Shown here: in pieces, positions 27,320 through 37,658 of the stretch
Layout: each line of letters opens with the position of its first letter
How positions within the stretch are numbered: the stretch's first letter is position 1
DNA from: a virus
Taxonomy: Duplodnaviria > Caudoviricetes
Virus record (IMG/VR): IMGVR_UViG_3300044648_000011
Coordinates: 1-51,000 of that record
Length of the DNA stretch: 51,000 bases
Reading direction: 5' to 3' (one strand)
The notes under the pieces: generated by a model
Told to the model about the DNA's origin: nothing
What the model saw: the letters and a program-made list of their open reading frames with translations, nothing else
The model's database searches: none
Translations under genes and position numbers: made by a program

Positions 27320-28174
27320 TTAGTCAAGCACACCCGGAGGAATCTCTCCACCAGGAGCAAATGGGATTGCGTCTAGGTCGTCCTGCTCCCAGACATCTAG
27401 ACTGCCCTGAGACTTCAACATACCTCGCTGTGCCGGACTCCCTTCTAGATACCAACGCTCTGCCTTTTCAGGAAGGGTTGGATCTAGGCGTACCATAAAC
27501 TGAAGTGCACCGTAGCTGTATGTCTTACCCGGAACCATCTGCGTGCTGTTACCCTTGACTAGCCGTAGGGACATATCTTCTTTCTTCCTTTCAGGGGGAG
27601 GAGGCGGAACATCCAACCCTGCGAGCACCCGCGCTCGAGGGATAATCCGGTTAATAAGCTGACTGATACGACGATCTCCCGGACAGACCTTTCCGTCTGC
27701 CAGCGTCCACAGTTCGCCACCGTAGACACGACCTCCGAATGCGTAACCGGCCCAGTTGCCATCTACGCCCTGTCGATGATACGCGATACCTCGAGAACCG
27801 GGCTTAGAGTTGGGTGCCAGAACAAGCGGGATACCGTGTGTGTGATACGCCCACGCACAGATCTTAGCGATTGCTTCAACCTGAGCATCCGTGAATGCTG
27901 GAACCTGGTGTCCATTGTCCGTATCCCAAGCTCCGAAGGCAGGTCCATGGTCTTCATTCTCGATAGAGATAATGCGATGGTTACCTTCGTAGTTAGCGGC
28001 TCCCTTATACATCGTGTCTCGAGACTGGTAGATGTATCCGTTAGCCTTCGTCGAGAAATGAGCTGCGTGTGCAGGCGCATATCCGACGATGGTGTGAATA
28101 CACACGATGTCGTATCGAGTCATAGGCTTGCTGGAGGCAGCATTAAGAAATACTGCTCCTGGCATGACAGCCAT
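27320..28174 (-). CDS. endolysin, N-acetylmuramoyl-L-alanine amidase
   Basis: CIHT, AHF, ISIENE, YHR, KVCPG; Pro linker and C-terminal binding domain. Confidence 0.85.
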   Translation of the reverse strand: MAVMPGAVFLNAASSKPMTRYDIVCIHTIVGYAPAHAAHFSTKANGYIYQSRDTMYKGAANYEGNHRIISIENEDHGPAFGAWDTDNGHQVPAFTDAQVEAIAKICAWAYHTHGIPLVLAPNSKPGSRGIAYHRQGVDGNWAGYAFGGRVYGGELWTLADGKVCPGDRRISQLINRIIPRARVLAGLDVPPPPPERKKEDMSLRLVKGNSTQMVPGKTYSYGALQFMVRLDPTLPEKAERWYLEGSPAQRGMLKSQGSLDVWEQDDLDAIPFAPGGEIPPGVLD

Positions 28175-28189
28175 CTTGAGTCCCTTCTA

Positions 28190-28969
28190 TCAATCAGGTA
28201 CACAAACCAACATCGATTCCCCAAGAGGACTTGATGTGGTTACTACCGTCCTAGTTTCGTAATGCCATGTCATACCATCAGTAAGAGGACAGTTGCCAGA
28301 AGGACCAACAGGGCCGACAGGACCCATTGGCCCGGTATCTCCTGTATCGCCCTTGTCACCCTTAGGTCCGGTAGGGCCGACCACATGACCAATCATCATG
28401 GAAGGCCAGGCAGGGTCATCGAAGTCAACCCAAAGGTTTCCGTCACTGTCGATGAAGAAGCTGGTTACACTCCGTCCATCTTCCCCGTCTTGGCCCCTAG
28501 AACCGTCTGTGCCGTCCTCACCATCTTCTCCGGGCTTACCACCCTCACCCGGTTGTCCCGGTCGACCAGGGAAGCCCTCAGGGCCTCGAAATGAGGGGTC
28601 ATCCTCAATCTGGTCGTACAAGATGGCTGCGGCTGCTGCGGCCATGGCATCCGCGTCGACAGCTTCTCCTTCATCAGGAAGAGGGATCTGAGGTAGACCC
28701 TTAGCTTCCAGTTGTCGGTTAGCCGCCCGTAGAGATTCCACACCTTCTTCGGTGAGAGCCGACCTAGCTTCGTTTTGAGCGATGTTGATGGTGTTAACGC
28801 CGTTCCACACAACTGACCCGAGTGCGACCAACAGAGAGATGATCACCACGACCTGACCTCGTCGATTGAACCTGCGCTCAATCTTCTCGACCTTAGGAAC
28901 CTGCTCAACCTCAGCTAGCGTGTTCTCAAGGTCAGTCAGAGGCTCCCCGGTGCCTCTTGAGGTATTCAT
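28190..28969 (-). CDS. membrane-anchored collagen-like protein
   Basis: one TM segment; two Gly-X-Y tracts; C-terminal Cys pair. Confidence 0.8.
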   Translation of the reverse strand: MNTSRGTGEPLTDLENTLAEVEQVPKVEKIERRFNRRGQVVVIISLLVALGSVVWNGVNTINIAQNEARSALTEEGVESLRAANRQLEAKGLPQIPLPDEGEAVDADAMAAAAAAILYDQIEDDPSFRGPEGFPGRPGQPGEGGKPGEDGEDGTDGSRGQDGEDGRSVTSFFIDSDGNLWVDFDDPAWPSMMIGHVVGPTGPKGDKGDTGDTGPMGPVGPVGPSGNCPLTDGMTWHYETRTVVTTSSPLGESMLVCVPD

Positions 28970-29303
28970 TTTCTGTCACCAGCCCTCGTACCGTATTTTC
29001 TAGCTTGTCAATTGTTTTGCGATCTTCTTCACGTAATGCCTTAAGTTCTGCGATCTCTGTCTTCATAGCTGCCATTTGCTCGCGTACGAGTGCAACAGCT
29101 TCACGGGCAGCCGCCACTGCGCCCACCTCGCCTTCGAGATCGGCTTTCTTGTCTTCGCGCTTTTCCTTACGAGCGTCTTGCCAGATCTTGGCCAGCCACC
29201 CAATCAAACCACCAGCGGCTAGCAGAGGACCGCCTGTACCAAAGATCTGAGCCCAGTCAAAGGCAGGAGGGTCTGCGGCCTGCTGTAGCAGGAACCAGTT
29301 CAT
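28932..29303 (-). CDS. membrane protein with coiled coil (lysis accessory)
   Basis: N-terminal TM segment then heptad repeats. Confidence 0.75.
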   Translation of the reverse strand: MNWFLLQQAADPPAFDWAQIFGTGGPLLAAGGLIGWLAKIWQDARKEKREDKKADLEGEVGAVAAAREAVALVREQMAAMKTEIAELKALREEDRKTIDKLENTVRGLVTENEYLKRHRGASD

Positions 29304-29737
29304 CTGCCTTCTCCCTGTCTCATACCATTAGCTAGCAAGACAAGTTCCTTGGCTAGTTCTTTTTCCTCTCGAATACGAGTTTGTTTAGCCAATCGCTCTC
29401 TACGAATGTCGTACACGCTTTGCATGGCAAACGCACCGAACAAGAACGCATACGCTAATACCCTAGTGCCTCCCGACAACGCAACAACTACCGAGATGGT
29501 TGACAACCCAATCGCTACGACAAGCAAGCCTGCCATGCGAAGAGATCGCCGTCGGCCCATACCGGCGATAAGAAGGCACCCCGCGATGAAGAATTCAATT
29601 CCGAGGGTAACTTCTGCCCAGTACGGTGCCGAACGCTCGAGGCTTACAATCGGATACACCGTAGAGTAAGCCCCGAACGCCATAAGCAGAACGTAAATGA
29701 GCAGCCGATCCCAATCTGTTTTGAGACGGCTCATCAT
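29300..29737 (-). CDS. four-TM membrane protein
   Basis: four hydrophobic segments. Confidence 0.75.
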   Translation of the reverse strand: MMSRLKTDWDRLLIYVLLMAFGAYSTVYPIVSLERSAPYWAEVTLGIEFFIAGCLLIAGMGRRRSLRMAGLLVVAIGLSTISVVVALSGGTRVLAYAFLFGAFAMQSVYDIRRERLAKQTRIREEKELAKELVLLANGMRQGEGR

Positions 29738-29740
29738 TCA

Positions 29741-30001
29741 TCACACCAACTGATATTCCTTAGGGTCAAAATCAGGGACGGTCTGATACTGAGATTCCAA
29801 CTGTTCGTCTGTCATCGTGTTGAAATGAAGCAAGTGATGCCCCAATGGAATGGAACCAAATGGATATGTTAGTGTTCCATCCTCTTCTAGTACAAACTCC
29901 CATCCGTACGATTCTTCCATTGCGAGCCGAGTGGATTCTTGTCCATCCCACTTAAAGAACTTCTGGATTGAAGGACGTTGTACGTAATATCCGAAAGACA
30001 T
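29741..30001 (-). CDS. hypothetical protein
   Basis: GAAAGGG RBS. Confidence 0.7.
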   Translation of the reverse strand: MSFGYYVQRPSIQKFFKWDGQESTRLAMEESYGWEFVLEEDGTLTYPFGSIPLGHHLLHFNTMTDEQLESQYQTVPDFDPKEYQLV

Positions 30002-30022
30002 CTAAACCCTTTCAATGATTCA

Positions 30023-30787
30023 TTATGGAGCTGAGGCAAATAGAACAGACATACTAGATGCGTGTCCGTCCGCAATGGATGTATTCTGTGTAGACGAGGA
30101 GAAGGCTTGCAAAGAAATTATATCGTTAACGGCTAGTTCCACCAGAATATTGTTCTGAATATCTGTAATGTAAGCCGCAGCGTTACCAGACACATCGAAC
30201 TTGTCTCCGTTAGCCAACGTAGCCCCATTCTTCAACCATCTAGTGCCTCCACTACCTGTAGCAGCAGCGCGACTCACATTCGAAGTCAGCCAGTAAATTC
30301 CAGCCGTTAGGATGGTTACTGTGTTATTAGTTAGGTTGACCGTGACACCACGAGACTTAACCGTGCTGTGCCAGTCAACTAGAGTGGCTGTAGCTGCAAT
30401 AGACTGGGCCGATGTTTGCACCAACTTACAGTACGGTGCTAGACCACCTGAAGCGGCTTCGAGGCTAGTAACTCGAGTATCCAGAGCAGCGTTACCTGAA
30501 CCAGCAGCCAGTGTTCGGTTCTCTACTACAGTGATTCGGGACCGTACGTCCGTTAGCTGTGAAGTAGCCGAGCCGGTAGTGACGTTTGCACCAGTGCCTA
30601 CACCCGTTCCAAACCGATCTGCTAGACGGGCGTTGCCCTGACCACCATTGGTAGCGGTGTTGGTGGTCAGGGCTTCCGTAACATCAAGCCTAGTATCTAG
30701 GTTCTCAACGTTGGTAATGATTTGATTGTTAGCAGCCGAAGAGGCGACTTGCCCCGCTACCGCCGGGGTCATGTTTCCAAAAGCCAT
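30023..30787 (-). CDS. minor tail / fibre protein with C1q-like C-terminal domain
   Basis: RVTSLE coiled repeats; ILTAGIYWL...LAVNDIISL. Confidence 0.7.
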   Translation of the reverse strand: MAFGNMTPAVAGQVASSAANNQIITNVENLDTRLDVTEALTTNTATNGGQGNARLADRFGTGVGTGANVTTGSATSQLTDVRSRITVVENRTLAAGSGNAALDTRVTSLEAASGGLAPYCKLVQTSAQSIAATATLVDWHSTVKSRGVTVNLTNNTVTILTAGIYWLTSNVSRAAATGSGGTRWLKNGATLANGDKFDVSGNAAAYITDIQNNILVELAVNDIISLQAFSSSTQNTSIADGHASSMSVLFASAP

Positions 30788-30788
30788 G

Positions 30789-33323
30789 TCATGCACTCCA
30801 ATAAAAACTCTGATCCCATAGGCCGTACTGAGCGGAATCCCAGTAACCAATGAGAGGCGGACGAAGCATTTCGACTGTTAGGGTATCGACCAATCCCTGC
30901 TCACTGCTATAAGAACGTCGAATACCGTAAATCTGAACCTTCATCTCTTCTCCCATTCCGTCTGGATCTTGGATCAACATAGTGTCACCAAGTTGTAGAC
31001 GGGGGTCGCCTGGGATAGTGATAGCGTCTGTCGTAGGAATCGGGTTGATAGAACGAGGCAGCAGATAGTCAAGAAGACTTTGTGCTGACTGTGGCTGCCA
31101 CTGTACCCAGTCTCCTGACACAGCAAGGTTGCGAGGGCCATAGCGATTAACACTCGGGGTATCCATCTTAGTCACAACGACGTTTGGAGCCGAAGTAATC
31201 AACGTACCAAGCACTCGAAGAGCTGCCTGGTTATCCCCTGTCCCTGTTCCAAACCGAGCAGGATTAGCGTAACCGTTGAAGATAACAACAACCATGTTGC
31301 CATCAGCGTCTAGACGAGCGGTAATATCGACACCGCTGGTAAAGTGGTTAGCTTCTTGCCAGACACCTGCAATGAGGAACTGAACCACATATCCATCGGA
31401 ATCGCCATCGGGATCCCACAAATCAGGTACGTTAGAGTCAGTTACCGTAGCAAATCTTGGAACCTTCCACGGATCTACCTGATAAATATCGTCTCGATAG
31501 ACGGTGAGTTCGACAGTAGAGTTAGCCGGAACATACAATTCATCTACCGAGCTGGCCGCATAAGCTACAGCGCTACCCGTTGCGGTTACTGCCTTGGTAT
31601 CAGCGGTAACAACATTTCGAACGGAGTCTAGGGAGTTAGTGATCTGAAGACCCGTGACATCATCCAAGTTAAGCGTTCGAACAATATCTTCTTGCTTTGC
31701 TAGGACAGTGTCCCTATTCCAAAATCGGAATACACCATGTTCGTCCCACATAGCAGAGCCAAGCTCCGCCGCAGCGACGTCGGTAATAACCTGCCAAGCA
31801 TCTTCGTACTGTCCTACAGGGGTTGCCGTAAGCTTGTTCAAGCCATTATCCAAGACAGCCGGGTATTTGGCTTCCGGCATGAATTGACCCTGAGTGAACT
31901 CTGATTCCAAGCTGCCTATAGAATAGTACCTTGAATTCCAGAAAATATCACTGATAGACGCCTTACGACGAACAACTACCAAGCCCTGAATATAATCTGT
32001 CGGGAACGCATACGGATCGGGTCCGTCTCCCCAATGAGTTTGAATGTTCCATCCGGTGTTGACTAAACCAGCCGATAGCAGCGTGCCATTGGCATAAACG
32101 GCTAGTTCAACAACGTCTGACACGACATGGCAGATGATTGTAAACTGGCAATTATCCACAATCGGAATAGCATACCACGGTGTCACCGCTCCGCCCATCG
32201 TCTCCCGCTGACGAATTTCAGCTCGAATGCTTCCTGTGTTAATTCCAATCCTCAACATATGCATTCGGCCGATATAGATGTCCATCGGATAATACGTGGG
32301 GGTAACAGTACCTGGGTAACTCGGATTGTAGCTTACGTCAGGGTCTGAAACTCGGTTCAGAGTGAATCCGAAGAATTGAGTTCCTGTTGTTCCGAAGTTC
32401 TTTCGATCTCTTGCCCAATACCGATTTTCATTGGCTGACCAAGGACCATCGGCTGTCTCTCCCGTAGCATCATCAGTTACACCGTTGAAACCTCGAGTTC
32501 GACGACCCGGATCCGAGCCGGGATGAACATCCGCAGTCTGTGAGTACATCGGTGCTCCCGTTGTCTCAGACTTAGGATAGCCCTGAGATCTTGAGTTATC
32601 CAGTTGTCCTACACTAGGTACGATAGATCCGTTCCCTGTGATAAACAATTGCATACCAACATCCAGATAATTCCACCAAGGGTCATCATGCTGTCCAAAC
32701 TCCCTGTCGTACTTCCAACGAAAGCGACTTGGAGATGTATCACCATGGCGAAGGCAGTGGTCGATGACCCACTGAGAATCGCATAGCTGAGCTTCTGCCC
32801 AGCCTCGATCCACATGCCATGAAGAGATGGCCCACTTGGGGAACTTAACAGGCACACGAAGCACCTCAGCCCTGTCTAGAGCCGTGATGGTGATGGAGTT
32901 AGAGCCTCGATTGGGTGAGATCAATCGGATGTTTCCTACGAACTGGCTGTACCAAGAGATACCTACTGAAGTATCAATGCCAAGACGATAGGTGATCTCA
33001 CAGCCAACAGGATCTAGACCATACAAAGGTGAGGTACCGTTGTATGGAGAGAACACCCCGGTAAGGTTCATACCGTTGTCCAAGACGCCACCTAGAGAAA
33101 TTTCTAGTTCAGCAGCACTCGAACCTTCAATAAGCATTACCTCTTCAGGAGCCGAACCACGAAGAGACCTGTCCGTACTCACCGTATCGATGTAGCCGGA
33201 CAGGTCACTAAGCTGATGGTCGAACAAACCGTTTCGGTTCCAGTCAACCTTTACTTCAATATAAAACTGACGCTCGGATGAGAGAATAGCTTCCTCGGCG
33301 AACGCGCCACCCTCTGTCTGCAT
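30789..33323 (-). CDS. large minor tail (baseplate hub) protein
   Basis: DWNRNG start, WDEHGVFRF, GDPRLQLGD; position after Dit. Confidence 0.8.
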   Translation of the reverse strand: MQTEGGAFAEEAILSSERQFYIEVKVDWNRNGLFDHQLSDLSGYIDTVSTDRSLRGSAPEEVMLIEGSSAAELEISLGGVLDNGMNLTGVFSPYNGTSPLYGLDPVGCEITYRLGIDTSVGISWYSQFVGNIRLISPNRGSNSITITALDRAEVLRVPVKFPKWAISSWHVDRGWAEAQLCDSQWVIDHCLRHGDTSPSRFRWKYDREFGQHDDPWWNYLDVGMQLFITGNGSIVPSVGQLDNSRSQGYPKSETTGAPMYSQTADVHPGSDPGRRTRGFNGVTDDATGETADGPWSANENRYWARDRKNFGTTGTQFFGFTLNRVSDPDVSYNPSYPGTVTPTYYPMDIYIGRMHMLRIGINTGSIRAEIRQRETMGGAVTPWYAIPIVDNCQFTIICHVVSDVVELAVYANGTLLSAGLVNTGWNIQTHWGDGPDPYAFPTDYIQGLVVVRRKASISDIFWNSRYYSIGSLESEFTQGQFMPEAKYPAVLDNGLNKLTATPVGQYEDAWQVITDVAAAELGSAMWDEHGVFRFWNRDTVLAKQEDIVRTLNLDDVTGLQITNSLDSVRNVVTADTKAVTATGSAVAYAASSVDELYVPANSTVELTVYRDDIYQVDPWKVPRFATVTDSNVPDLWDPDGDSDGYVVQFLIAGVWQEANHFTSGVDITARLDADGNMVVVIFNGYANPARFGTGTGDNQAALRVLGTLITSAPNVVVTKMDTPSVNRYGPRNLAVSGDWVQWQPQSAQSLLDYLLPRSINPIPTTDAITIPGDPRLQLGDTMLIQDPDGMGEEMKVQIYGIRRSYSSEQGLVDTLTVEMLRPPLIGYWDSAQYGLWDQSFYWSA

Positions 33324-34162
33324 CAGGTCTCCAATAGGCTTAATGTACAATTGGTCATGGGGAAATAAGGACTGACATTGCTAAGCTGATCCACGTTCAC
33401 GACCGGAGCACCTCCACCGATCTGCCATTCCGTAGCTGTAGGCCCTTGTTCGAGCTGAGCAGCAGCTAGGTCAATAGACTCGGTAGTATTAGTGGTGAAC
33501 CCCGCAAAGACGGCTCGACTGATTCCGACCGGAACCGTTCGAGTGATTGAGAATCGTGTCCATACGTTAGTGACGTTACAGGCCACCTGAGTGGAAGATG
33601 TCTGTGTCCCGTTAATATCGTACCAATCAAACAAGATCGGTACTGTAACAGGGTTTAGAGCAGTCTTCATCCAAATAGAGCCTGTGATCTCTTCACCTGG
33701 AAATACCGTGGTCTTCTTCTTTTCGTCCATTCGCCAGACACCCGTATTAGTTCGTACGAACCAACGTGTAGACATACCTCCGACATAAGAGATAGTCGAA
33801 GGCCACGCCCATTCACGACTGCCAATACCTAGCGTAAAAGTCATCCCTTGAGCAGTACCGCCCCCGAGTTTAGCGAACGAAGCCTCAGGAGTTAGACGAT
33901 TACGCTTAAGAGGATTGATGAGACGGAAGGGACCTCGTACTAGGCGAAGATGCATAGCTTCAAGCCAGCGATATTCTTCTTCTTCGATATAATTGTAGGA
34001 AAAATCGAACGTCTGGCGATGGCCTGTGATGTCCGTGGTATTCGATCCGGAGAGACCCTGATGGCTACCTCCGAATCGAACCACGTTTAGACCAACACCA
34101 GTTTCAGGACACGTCAGAGCCCGCAAGTCTCCCGTAGGGCCGAGATACCAAATCGGGTCCAT
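33323..34162 (-). CDS. distal tail-like protein with carbohydrate-binding insertion
   Basis: follows tape measure; WTRFSIT, AQLEQG..AT.W. Confidence 0.7.
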   Translation of the reverse strand: MDPIWYLGPTGDLRALTCPETGVGLNVVRFGGSHQGLSGSNTTDITGHRQTFDFSYNYIEEEEYRWLEAMHLRLVRGPFRLINPLKRNRLTPEASFAKLGGGTAQGMTFTLGIGSREWAWPSTISYVGGMSTRWFVRTNTGVWRMDEKKKTTVFPGEEITGSIWMKTALNPVTVPILFDWYDINGTQTSSTQVACNVTNVWTRFSITRTVPVGISRAVFAGFTTNTTESIDLAAAQLEQGPTATEWQIGGGAPVVNVDQLSNVSPYFPMTNCTLSLLET

Positions 34163-36813
34163 CAGTTCCTCCGCTTGTTCTTAATGTTTTCCTTACGAAC
34201 CATCTTAGCCATACCGCTCGGATCTAGACTTACTGACCATCCGCCCATCGCGGAAAGAAGCCGTTCCATAAAGTCCTCAAAATCAACATTCGAGGAATCG
34301 GAGTCGCCAGATCCAATGCGTAGAAGCGAGCTAGCCAGATCGCGGTTGGAAGTAACATAACCAGCAGCAGGCGGCGTGAACTCACCAATAGGACCAGCCA
34401 TCAGGAATGTTTCACCTGATGTCTTAGTGTACAACTCAGGTCCAGACTCATTAGCAAGATACGTACTGCCCCCGCTAACAGGTCCGCCTTCTTGCCTTGT
34501 TGTCAGACTACCTCCGGTTAGCTTTCCGTTGACAGTTCCGAGCATGTTCTTAAACGCATCCACTACGTCTGAGATTAGACCCTTGACATAGTTAAATGCC
34601 CTTACGAACGGAGTTGTGATTGCGTCCCAGATTCCAGACAATGCATCACCAATCCAACCAACCACATTCCAGAAAATATCAACCAGGTCACTGATTCGTT
34701 CCTTAACCCAGTTAACAACTGCTGTAATTACGTCGGATACTAGCTTCCAGACCCAATCCCATGCTGCCTTTGTAGCTGCGACAATTTCGTCCCAGTTCAA
34801 GATGATCAGTGCTACCAAAGCAATAATGGCAGCGATGATCCACCCGATAGGTCCCATAGCGATAACCCATGCAGCAGCCATGCGAATAGCGTTCAACGTA
34901 GCCGCAGCCGCCATAGCAACCCACCCTGCTACCCATGCAGCAGCCGTCTTAGCAGCGTTTGCCACAGCAGCTACAGTCATTCTAACGAATGCAGCAATGG
35001 CCTGGGCAGCCATAATGGTGTAGTACCGAGCTGTAAACATCATGCTCTTGAAGGCACTAGAGATCCAAGCAGCAGAAGCCTTAGCAGCGTGAAGAATAAC
35101 CGTAGCAGACCATCGAACGAATGCCGCAATCTGCGTAGCTAGATAGGCTACAACCTTGACTGTACCCTTCAAAACGTCAACAACAAATGCACCGAATGCC
35201 TTGGAAGCATTCCCTAGAATCTTTGCAGCGGCCTTCATGGCCACATAAGAATCTCTAATGGCAATGATTCCCTGTGCGGCAGTAGCAGCCAGCTTGAAAG
35301 CAGTAACCAAGCCAATAAGAGCAATCACCAGGGGAGCGATGATCTCCTTATTTTCAGAGAAGAATCGAGCTAGTCCCTGTAGCATAGGTCCGACAGTACG
35401 AATGATGGCCATCAGGACAACACCCAGTACATGGACAAACTGCTGGATGAACGGCATAGCGTCCTTAAGGACACGACCGATCGTTCGGAACAGTTCACCA
35501 AATACGTCGGTGCCTACGTCAACAATCTGACCAAGAACCTTACCGATGTTCTTGAATGCATCCTGAACAGCGACTTCTTCCGTAAACTCACGGAAAGACT
35601 GGGTCATCCCTTCAATGATGTCTAGGAATTCCTTACCGCCTCGCATCGCTTCAGAGATGTTCGAGAAGCCTGCCCAGACGTCTGCGATTACGCGTCCTAG
35701 CTGCTTAATCTTTTCTAGGGCGTTTTCGATCCACTCACGCATTTCACCAGTCTTGCGTGCCTCAGAAGCCCATTCACGGAATCGACCTGTGACACCAGCG
35801 ATCTCAGAACCCCACTCGGTAAACAGACTGGAGCCCACGACTGCGAAGTCCTTAAGTACCGATCCAATATCAGCCAGTACCGGCTTCATTTCTCGTAGAC
35901 CTGATGCTACATGCACACCAATTCGAGTAAGGTCGTCCTGGGATTCCTGGGTAGTGGCCATCTTGGCCCACTCCTGAACCATCCCACGAACACCGTTGGC
36001 AGCACCAGCAAGGCCGCTCTTAACGCCTGGAAGAAGTTCCTTCAGGCTCCGGAAGGTCTCATCCATGCCTTCGAAAAGACGTTCCTGGACAACCTTACGA
36101 ATCTCCGCAAGAGGTTCCTTGAATTCCGCCAATGCTCGAGCAGCAGACTGTGCCGAAGGCGTTAGCTTCTTTAGTGCTTCTTCGAAAGCAGCCGGATCTC
36201 CCGATGCTCCCAGAGCAGCAAAGAAGCCCTTCGTTCCTACAGCGATCGCACCGATAGCCAAACCAAAACCAGCAGCAATAGCAGGTAGGGTAGCTAGCAA
36301 CCCTCCAACTACAGAAATAGCTCCTCCGATAGCCCCCAGAATATGAGGAATGGTGAGCAGAGTAGCAGCGATAGCAGTAGCGTATGCAAGCATTCGCCCC
36401 CACGACACGAGGTCGATAGGGATTTTAATCTTGTACGCTGAAACAATCTTGTTAATAATCGCCATGTCCGCTCGAATGCGAGCGATCGTGGTCTTATAGT
36501 CAATAGAGGCTGTGAGCTTGATAGCAGTAGCAGCCTTTTGAGCAAGGTTCTTAATACGTCGAGTTTCGCGTACTAGACCATCGCCGTCTAGCTCAGCTTC
36601 AAGCTGAATCTTCTCGCGCTTTGTAGAATCCTTGACCTTCTTTAGTTCTTCCTTGACCTGTTCGGTAACAAGCTCGACAGGGATCTGAAGCTTAAGACTC
36701 TTCTCCAGATTCTTTAGTTCCTTGCGAAGATCTTCCGGGAATTGGGAAGTGTTGGGCACGGCACGTACTGAGACGCGCCCAACTTCCTTACCACCTGGAC
36801 CAGTCACGGTCAC
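34162..36813 (-). CDS. tape measure protein
   Basis: 883 aa, helical, Ala-rich, Trp repeats; EVGRVSVR start as in cluster A. Confidence 0.92.
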   Translation of the reverse strand: MTVTGPGGKEVGRVSVRAVPNTSQFPEDLRKELKNLEKSLKLQIPVELVTEQVKEELKKVKDSTKREKIQLEAELDGDGLVRETRRIKNLAQKAATAIKLTASIDYKTTIARIRADMAIINKIVSAYKIKIPIDLVSWGRMLAYATAIAATLLTIPHILGAIGGAISVVGGLLATLPAIAAGFGLAIGAIAVGTKGFFAALGASGDPAAFEEALKKLTPSAQSAARALAEFKEPLAEIRKVVQERLFEGMDETFRSLKELLPGVKSGLAGAANGVRGMVQEWAKMATTQESQDDLTRIGVHVASGLREMKPVLADIGSVLKDFAVVGSSLFTEWGSEIAGVTGRFREWASEARKTGEMREWIENALEKIKQLGRVIADVWAGFSNISEAMRGGKEFLDIIEGMTQSFREFTEEVAVQDAFKNIGKVLGQIVDVGTDVFGELFRTIGRVLKDAMPFIQQFVHVLGVVLMAIIRTVGPMLQGLARFFSENKEIIAPLVIALIGLVTAFKLAATAAQGIIAIRDSYVAMKAAAKILGNASKAFGAFVVDVLKGTVKVVAYLATQIAAFVRWSATVILHAAKASAAWISSAFKSMMFTARYYTIMAAQAIAAFVRMTVAAVANAAKTAAAWVAGWVAMAAAATLNAIRMAAAWVIAMGPIGWIIAAIIALVALIILNWDEIVAATKAAWDWVWKLVSDVITAVVNWVKERISDLVDIFWNVVGWIGDALSGIWDAITTPFVRAFNYVKGLISDVVDAFKNMLGTVNGKLTGGSLTTRQEGGPVSGGSTYLANESGPELYTKTSGETFLMAGPIGEFTPPAAGYVTSNRDLASSLLRIGSGDSDSSNVDFEDFMERLLSAMGGWSVSLDPSGMAKMVRKENIKNKRRN

Positions 36814-37561
36814 TCCTTACGACGTTGAGCCGCTGCGAAGGCTGCTCTAGCCATAGCCGCGAACTGGTTTTGTTTCTTCTTGCCTGTTGTCTTCTCCGGG
36901 CGATAAACCGGTTCAGGTCGTGCAGGTGCCTTCTTCTTAGGATCTCGATTAGCCATAGCCAAAGCGTAGGTAATCTCACGCACAGCGTCAATCAAGGATG
37001 CTTCCATGTAAGCTCTAACATCCCAATCTCTAAATTCGGGTCCTCCCCGCATTTCTGCGACGGTGTTAGACGCTAATGGAAGCTGCCTAATCAATACAAG
37101 AATATGACGCGGCGAGTAGCCTGAACCCGGTCTTAGTATTTCTACCAGGTTCAGGCCGTACTCTCTTTGAAAATCAGCCAGAATAGACTCGCCGTGTAGA
37201 TCGATCAGCTCGGCGAGTCTACAGCTTCCCCCGGCTGTGTCGCCTTAGCCCACTCCTTCAGAAGGGTCATGTTACGAAGTAGGTCATTCCCTACAGCCTT
37301 AACCAACCATTCACCCTTATTGTCCTTAACAACGGCCTTAAAAATGTACTGCATGGCCGCTAGAGCGTCGTCTTCAGAAAGGGCGTTGTCATCCTGCTGA
37401 TCGAGAGCCGCAAGGTAGTCCTGAACCTCGTCACGCTTGCTCTTGTCAACACGCATCAAGGACTGAAGAACATACTCGTAATCCCCCACCTGAAGGGTTA
37501 GGGGAGCGTACTGGCGCTCGATAGCTTCATCTAGGTCGGCTAGAGTAATAACATTGCTCAT
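36810..37561 (-). CDS. tail assembly chaperone, long form via -1 frameshift
   Basis: the -1 frame after CCG-GGG reads GSCRLAELID... openly into ORF 36810-37094. Confidence 0.88.
37205..37561 (-). CDS. tail assembly chaperone, short form
   Basis: MSNVITL...TQPGEA, between major tail and tape measure. Confidence 0.9.
   Translation of the reverse strand: MSNVITLADLDEAIERQYAPLTLQVGDYEYVLQSLMRVDKSKRDEVQDYLAALDQQDDNALSEDDALAAMQYIFKAVVKDNKGEWLVKAVGNDLLRNMTLLKEWAKATQPGEAVDSPS
37226..37232 (-). promoter_or_regulatory. programmed -1 frameshift site GGGGGAA
   Basis: L5-type slippery heptamer; downstream frame is open. Confidence 0.88.
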
Positions 37562-37602
37562 GGTTTGGCGAACCTTTCGTTAGTATGGACGGACCTCGAG
37601 AT

Positions 37603-37650
37603 AAAACAAGGGAGCCGGACGGTCCGCCGAGTAATCCGGCTCCCTTTGTA
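37603..37650 (-). terminator. intrinsic terminator after major tail gene
   Basis: AGGGAGCCGGA...TCCGGCTCCCT followed by TGTTTT. Confidence 0.7.
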
Positions 37651-37658
37651 TTACTAGA

